Below, in pieces: positions 60,047 to 64,000 of a stretch of 64,000 nucleotides of DNA. The stretch comes from Solirubrobacteraceae bacterium (lineage in GTDB: Bacteria; Actinomycetota; Thermoleophilia; Solirubrobacterales; Solirubrobacteraceae): positions 10,731-74,730 of the forward strand of contig DASZGH010000084.1 of NCBI GenBank assembly GCA_035938935.1, written 5' to 3'. Position 1 is the first letter of the stretch. Every line of letters starts with the position of its first letter. A program made the position numbers and the translations under genes. Below the pieces are notes generated by a model. The model had not been told where the DNA came from, ran no database searches, and was given only the letters and a program-made list of their open reading frames with translations.

Positions 60047-61390
60047 TCACGCGACCAGCTCCCTTGCCAGCACGTCGACGTCGCCGGCGCCCATCACGAC
60101 ACACAGATCTCCGTCGCGCAGGACGCCTTCTAGCGCCGGCCGCGCCTGGGCGAAATCGGGCAGCCACAGCACCGGGCGCCCGTGCGCGCGCTCGGCCACG
60201 GCGCGCGCGATTGTCAGCCCGCTGACGCCGGGATGATCCTCAGCGCGCTCGCGCGCCGGATAGACGTCGAGCAGCACAACCACGTCGGCGTGCGCGAGCG
60301 CTTGCCCGAACTCGCGAGCGAGCATCGCCGTGCGCGAGTACAGGTGCGGCTGAAAGACGGCCACCAGCCGCCGCGGCGCGAGCGTACGCGCGGCTTGCAG
60401 CGTGGCCGCGACCTCGGTCGGGTGGTGGGCGTAGTCGTCGATCACGGCCGCCCCGGCAGCGCTCGTGCCGACGCGCTGGAAGCGCCGCCCAGCCCCGGAG
60501 AAACCGGCAAGCCAGGCCGGCGCGCGCCGCTCCTCGGCTCCCGCGAGGCAGGCTGCCTCCAGCGCCGCGGTGGCGTTGAGCGCGTTGTGGGCGCCGGGCA
60601 CGGACAGCGTCACCTGCTGCCCGCGCCAACGAAACTCGCTGCCGTGCGGGCCGGTCAACGGCGCGGCGACGTCGTAGACGATCGTGTTTGTCCCCGCCAG
60701 CGCGAGCGCCAGCAGGTCGGACCTATCCCACACGACGACTGCCTCGCTCGCGCGCGCCAGGAACGCGGCGAACGCCTCGCGCAGCTCGGCGAGCGAGCGA
60801 AAGCTCGCGTGATGATCGAGCTCGACGTTGGTCAGCACCGCGACCTGCACGCTCAACGAAAGCATCGAGCGGTCGGACTCGTCGGCCTCCACCACCAGCC
60901 ACTCGCCCTCGCTCCAGTGTGAGTTGGCCAGCCCCTCGCCGATCGCGCTGCCGATCAGCCAGCCGGGATCGAGCCCTTCGCCGCGCAGGATGTGGACGAT
61001 CATCGCCGCGGTCGTCGTCTTGCCGTGCGCGCCGGCGACCGCAATCGTGCGCCGCAGCGCGCTCAGTTCGCCCAGCAGCTCCGCCCGCGGCCGGTCGGGC
61101 AGCCGGCGCTCGCGCGCGGCCTGGCGCTCGGGGTTGTCGGAGGGGATAGCGCTTGAGTGGACGAGCTCGACGCCTTCGCCGGAGGGGAGGTTGCCCGCGT
61201 CGTGACCGATCGCCGCGTCGAGCACCCCCTCCTCGCGCAGGCGCGCGAGATACGGAGTCTCGGCGCGGTCGGAACCAGTCACGCTCGCGCCGAGCGCGTG
61301 CGCGGCGCGTGCGTAGCCGCTCATGCCGGCGCCGCCGACGCCGGCGAAGTGGATGCGGCGGCCGGTCCACGGCTTGCCGGCAGCAGTCAT
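60047..61390 (-). CDS. murC: UDP-N-acetylmuramate--L-alanine ligase
   Basis: GVGGAGMSG, GAHGKTTT, EADESD, DDYAHHPTE, FQPHLYSR. Confidence 0.95.
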   Translation of the reverse strand: MTAAGKPWTGRRIHFAGVGGAGMSGYARAAHALGASVTGSDRAETPYLARLREEGVLDAAIGHDAGNLPSGEGVELVHSSAIPSDNPERQAARERRLPDRPRAELLGELSALRRTIAVAGAHGKTTTAAMIVHILRGEGLDPGWLIGSAIGEGLANSHWSEGEWLVVEADESDRSMLSLSVQVAVLTNVELDHHASFRSLAELREAFAAFLARASEAVVVWDRSDLLALALAGTNTIVYDVAAPLTGPHGSEFRWRGQQVTLSVPGAHNALNATAALEAACLAGAEERRAPAWLAGFSGAGRRFQRVGTSAAGAAVIDDYAHHPTEVAATLQAARTLAPRRLVAVFQPHLYSRTAMLAREFGQALAHADVVVLLDVYPARERAEDHPGVSGLTIARAVAERAHGRPVLWLPDFAQARPALEGVLRDGDLCVVMGAGDVDVLARELVA

Positions 61391-61466
61391 CGGCCGTCCC
61401 GTCGGCAGTGAGGGTGAGCCGAGCAGGGCCGCTGGCCGACACCAGGAGCCGTTGCGCGGACCTCCT

Positions 61467-62534
61467 TCACGCCGCCGCTCGCATCAGCTCGGCGGCGATC
61501 TCGCGGGCGGCGTCAGGTCGCGCGAGCCGTCGCGAGACGGCAGCCATCGCCGCCAGCCTGGCCGGATTGGCGAGCAGCGCCGCCACCTCACGCGCAAGCC
61601 GAGCCGCGCTCAGCTCCTCGTCGGCGATCACGATCGCCGCGCCAGCGTCGGCCATCCAGCGTGCGTTGGCGGCCTGGTGGTCAGCCGCCGCGTGCGGATA
61701 GGGCACGAGGATCGCCGGCAGGCCGTAGGCGGCGATCTCGAACACGGAGCCACCCGCCCGCGCCACGACCAGGTCGCTGGCCGCCAGCGCTTCTGCGAAG
61801 CTCGCCAGGTCCAGATACTCGCGCAGGTCATAGCCCTTGCGCAGCAGCTTGGACGAGCACTCGGCGAAGTCGCGCCGCCCGCACACGTGCAGGACGTGAA
61901 AGTCGCCCTGCGCGAACGCCTCGATCGCCGCACGATTGATCGTGCGTGCCCCAAGCGAGCCGCCGAACACGAGTACACACGTCTCCTGCGCGCCGATGCT
62001 CAGCCGCTCACGCGCGGCCCCTCGCTCCGCGTCGGCGACCGGGATCGGCCTTCCCGTCACGCGGTAGCGCGGAGCCTCGCGACCCTCGATCGGAAAGGCG
62101 AGGCAGACGCGGCGCGCGAAGCGGGCGAGCAGGCGGTTGGTGATCCCCAGGTGGCTGTCGGCCTCGCTCAGCACCAGCGGGATGCGCCTGCTGACCGCGG
62201 CCAGGCCGACCGGCCCCGCAACGTAGCCACCAGCCCCCATCACGGCATCCGGGCGCAGCTCGCTCAGCAGCGCGCGTGCGCGCCAGAACGCGCTGGCGGC
62301 CTTGACCAACGCGCGCGCGGCTCGCAGCGGATGGCCGCGCGCGAGCCCTTCCACCGCTATCCGGCGCAGCGGATAGCCGGACGCTGTCACCAGCTCGACC
62401 TCGGCGCGCTCGCCGCCGATGAACGTGACCTGCGCTCCGTCAGCCCGTAGCGCGTCTGCCACCGCGAGCGCCGGCGCCACGTGCCCGGCCGTCCCCCCGG
62501 CGGCTATCGCGAATCGCTTGGCCTCTGTGCTCAC
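61467..62534 (-). CDS. murG: Undecaprenyl-PP-MurNAc-pentapeptide GlcNAc transferase
   Basis: GGTAGH, GGY, GGSLGA, RAGG, HQAANA. Confidence 0.95.
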   Translation of the reverse strand: MSTEAKRFAIAAGGTAGHVAPALAVADALRADGAQVTFIGGERAEVELVTASGYPLRRIAVEGLARGHPLRAARALVKAASAFWRARALLSELRPDAVMGAGGYVAGPVGLAAVSRRIPLVLSEADSHLGITNRLLARFARRVCLAFPIEGREAPRYRVTGRPIPVADAERGAARERLSIGAQETCVLVFGGSLGARTINRAAIEAFAQGDFHVLHVCGRRDFAECSSKLLRKGYDLREYLDLASFAEALAASDLVVARAGGSVFEIAAYGLPAILVPYPHAAADHQAANARWMADAGAAIVIADEELSAARLAREVAALLANPARLAAMAAVSRRLARPDAAREIAAELMRAAA

Positions 62535-63774
62535 GGCCCAATCCTGCCTGCTCGCGCGGCGGCGCGTCGGCCCAAGCCCGGCGGCGCGCAGGCGTTGTGA
62601 CAGCGCGCACGTGAGCGCTGCCGCCGGCCGCCACGTTGAGCAGCAGCCCCATCGCGGCGAGCGTGACGATCATGCTGCTCGACCCGTATGAGACGAGCGG
62701 CAGCGGCACTCCCGTGAGCGGCGCCAGCCCGAGCACAGCGAACACGTTCAGCAGCGCCTGGGAGACGATCAGCGAGGTCATGCCGACCGCTATCAGCGCG
62801 CTGTGCAGGCTGCGCGCGGCCTTGGCCGCGCGCAGGCCAGCGTAGGCGATCAGCCCGTACAGGAACAGGACGGCGGAGATGCCGATCACACCCAGCTCCT
62901 CGCCGATCACGGCGAGGATGAAGTCGGTGTGGGCCTCGGGGAGATAGAAGATCTTCTGCACCGACTGCCCGGGCCCGACCCCAAACAGCCCACCCGAGCC
63001 GATCGCGATCTGCCCCTGTACGGCCTGAAAGCCGCTGCCGGAGGCGTGCGCCCAGGGGTTAACGAAGGAGGTCAGACGCGCGCGGGCGTACGGCCGCGCG
63101 ATCGCGTACACGGCGACGATCGCAAACGCCCAGCCGAGGATGATCGCCAGGTTGCGACCCGGGATCCCGGCCGCGACGAGCAGCGCGCAGCTGGTGAAGG
63201 CGATGATCATTGCCGTGCCGATGTCCGGCTGGGTCGCGACGAGCAGACACGCCGCGCCAACGACCGCCAGCAGCGGTTTGAAAAGGTCGCGCAGTTCGTG
63301 CACGCGTGCGGGCCGGCGCGCCAGCAACGCGGCGCCGTAGAGGACCAGCGCGATCTTCAGCAGCTCGGAGGGCTGGAACTGCAGAGGCCCGGCTCCCAGC
63401 CACCGCTTGGCGCCGTTGACGCTGACGCCCAGGTGCGGGACGTGCACAGCCAGCACGAGCACGAACGAGACCGCCAGTAGCGGCCCGACCAGCGCCTGCA
63501 CGTGCGCGATCCCGTCGCGCGCCAACAAGCGCATCGCGACCAGCCCGAGCGCGCCGTAGATGACGAACTTGACCAGGTAGCCCGTGCCGCTGCCATGCCC
63601 CTGCAGCACTGTCGGCGCCGAGGATGAGCTGTAGACCATCACGGCGCCCAGCGCGAGCAGGCAGAGCGTGGCGGTGAGCAGCAGGTTGTACTCCAGCGAG
63701 ACGGCCGATCGCGAAGCCTTGCGAGCCCCCCGTGCGTGGGACTTGGGTCGCCGTGCGGCCGCCGCTGCTGGCAT
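62440..63774 (-). CDS. ftsW: Cell division SEDS protein FtsW
   Basis: GAKRWL, FQPSE, LPEAHTDFI, PLVSYGSSS; C-terminus overlaps murG. Confidence 0.93.
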   Translation of the reverse strand: MPAAAAARRPKSHARGARKASRSAVSLEYNLLLTATLCLLALGAVMVYSSSSAPTVLQGHGSGTGYLVKFVIYGALGLVAMRLLARDGIAHVQALVGPLLAVSFVLVLAVHVPHLGVSVNGAKRWLGAGPLQFQPSELLKIALVLYGAALLARRPARVHELRDLFKPLLAVVGAACLLVATQPDIGTAMIIAFTSCALLVAAGIPGRNLAIILGWAFAIVAVYAIARPYARARLTSFVNPWAHASGSGFQAVQGQIAIGSGGLFGVGPGQSVQKIFYLPEAHTDFILAVIGEELGVIGISAVLFLYGLIAYAGLRAAKAARSLHSALIAVGMTSLIVSQALLNVFAVLGLAPLTGVPLPLVSYGSSSMIVTLAAMGLLLNVAAGGSAHVRAVTTPARRRAWADAPPREQAGLGREHRGQAIRDSRRGDGRARGAGARGGRRATG

Positions 63775-63836
63775 CAGAGCCCACTTCGACGCGAGCGGCA
63801 AGATGCCTGCTCGGCCGGCGATGGCTGAGCGAGCGG

Positions 63837-64000
63837 CTACGCGGCTCCGACCAGCTCCCGGAACCGGTTCCCCCGCGCTTCGTAGTCGGCGAACTGGTCG
63901 AAGCTCGCGCAAGCCGGCGAGAGCAGCACCATCTCCCCTGCCTGCGCCCGCTCGCGAGCCTTCTCCACGGCGTGCTCCAGCGTCCCACACGACTCCACGG
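63837..64000 (-). CDS. murD: MurD, C-terminal end (partial)
   Basis: Manual translation ...[30 protein letters not shown]. Confidence 0.9.
   Translation of the reverse strand, partial: VESCGTLEHAVEKARERAQAGEMVLLSPACASFDQFADYEARGNRFRELVGAA

Noticed and set aside
62440-62534. 95-nt ftsW/murG overlap as a possible frameshift
   Set aside because: All FtsW TM motifs are complete before the overlap; the tail is low-complexity run-on typical of GC-rich genomes.

Overview
High-GC actinobacterial chromosome segment; gene content and protein style suggest Thermoleophilia/Solirubrobacterales (inference). About 32.2-64 kb is a minus-strand housekeeping run: murD-ftsW-murG-murC-murB, tig-clpP-clpX, valS-folC, ndk-maf-mreBCD-mrdA-rodA-rne, rplU-rpmA-obgE-proB-proA-nadD-rsfS. 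leuS-holA lies at the left end. Between rsfS and leuS is about 29 kb of accessory DNA around a tRNA-Ala(GGC). It holds a PadR/ABC exporter/YtpB-type terpene synthase/IclR operon, arsR-aquaporin-arsC, a desaturase plus DEAD-box helicase, two P450s, a decayed DUF488 pair and ada/alkA-ogt. Most notable: (1) two copies of a 162-bp rod-like palindromic element with co-varying terminal stems, one 3 nt upstream of rplU and one apparently inserted two codons into tig; (2) the terpene synthase-exporter-regulator operon; (3) a coiled-coil protein ending in an FtsZ-tail-like peptide; (4) obgE, and possibly nadD, starting at ACG. No CRISPR array, rRNA, integrase or transposase was seen. All family calls come from visual motif recognition; no searches were run.
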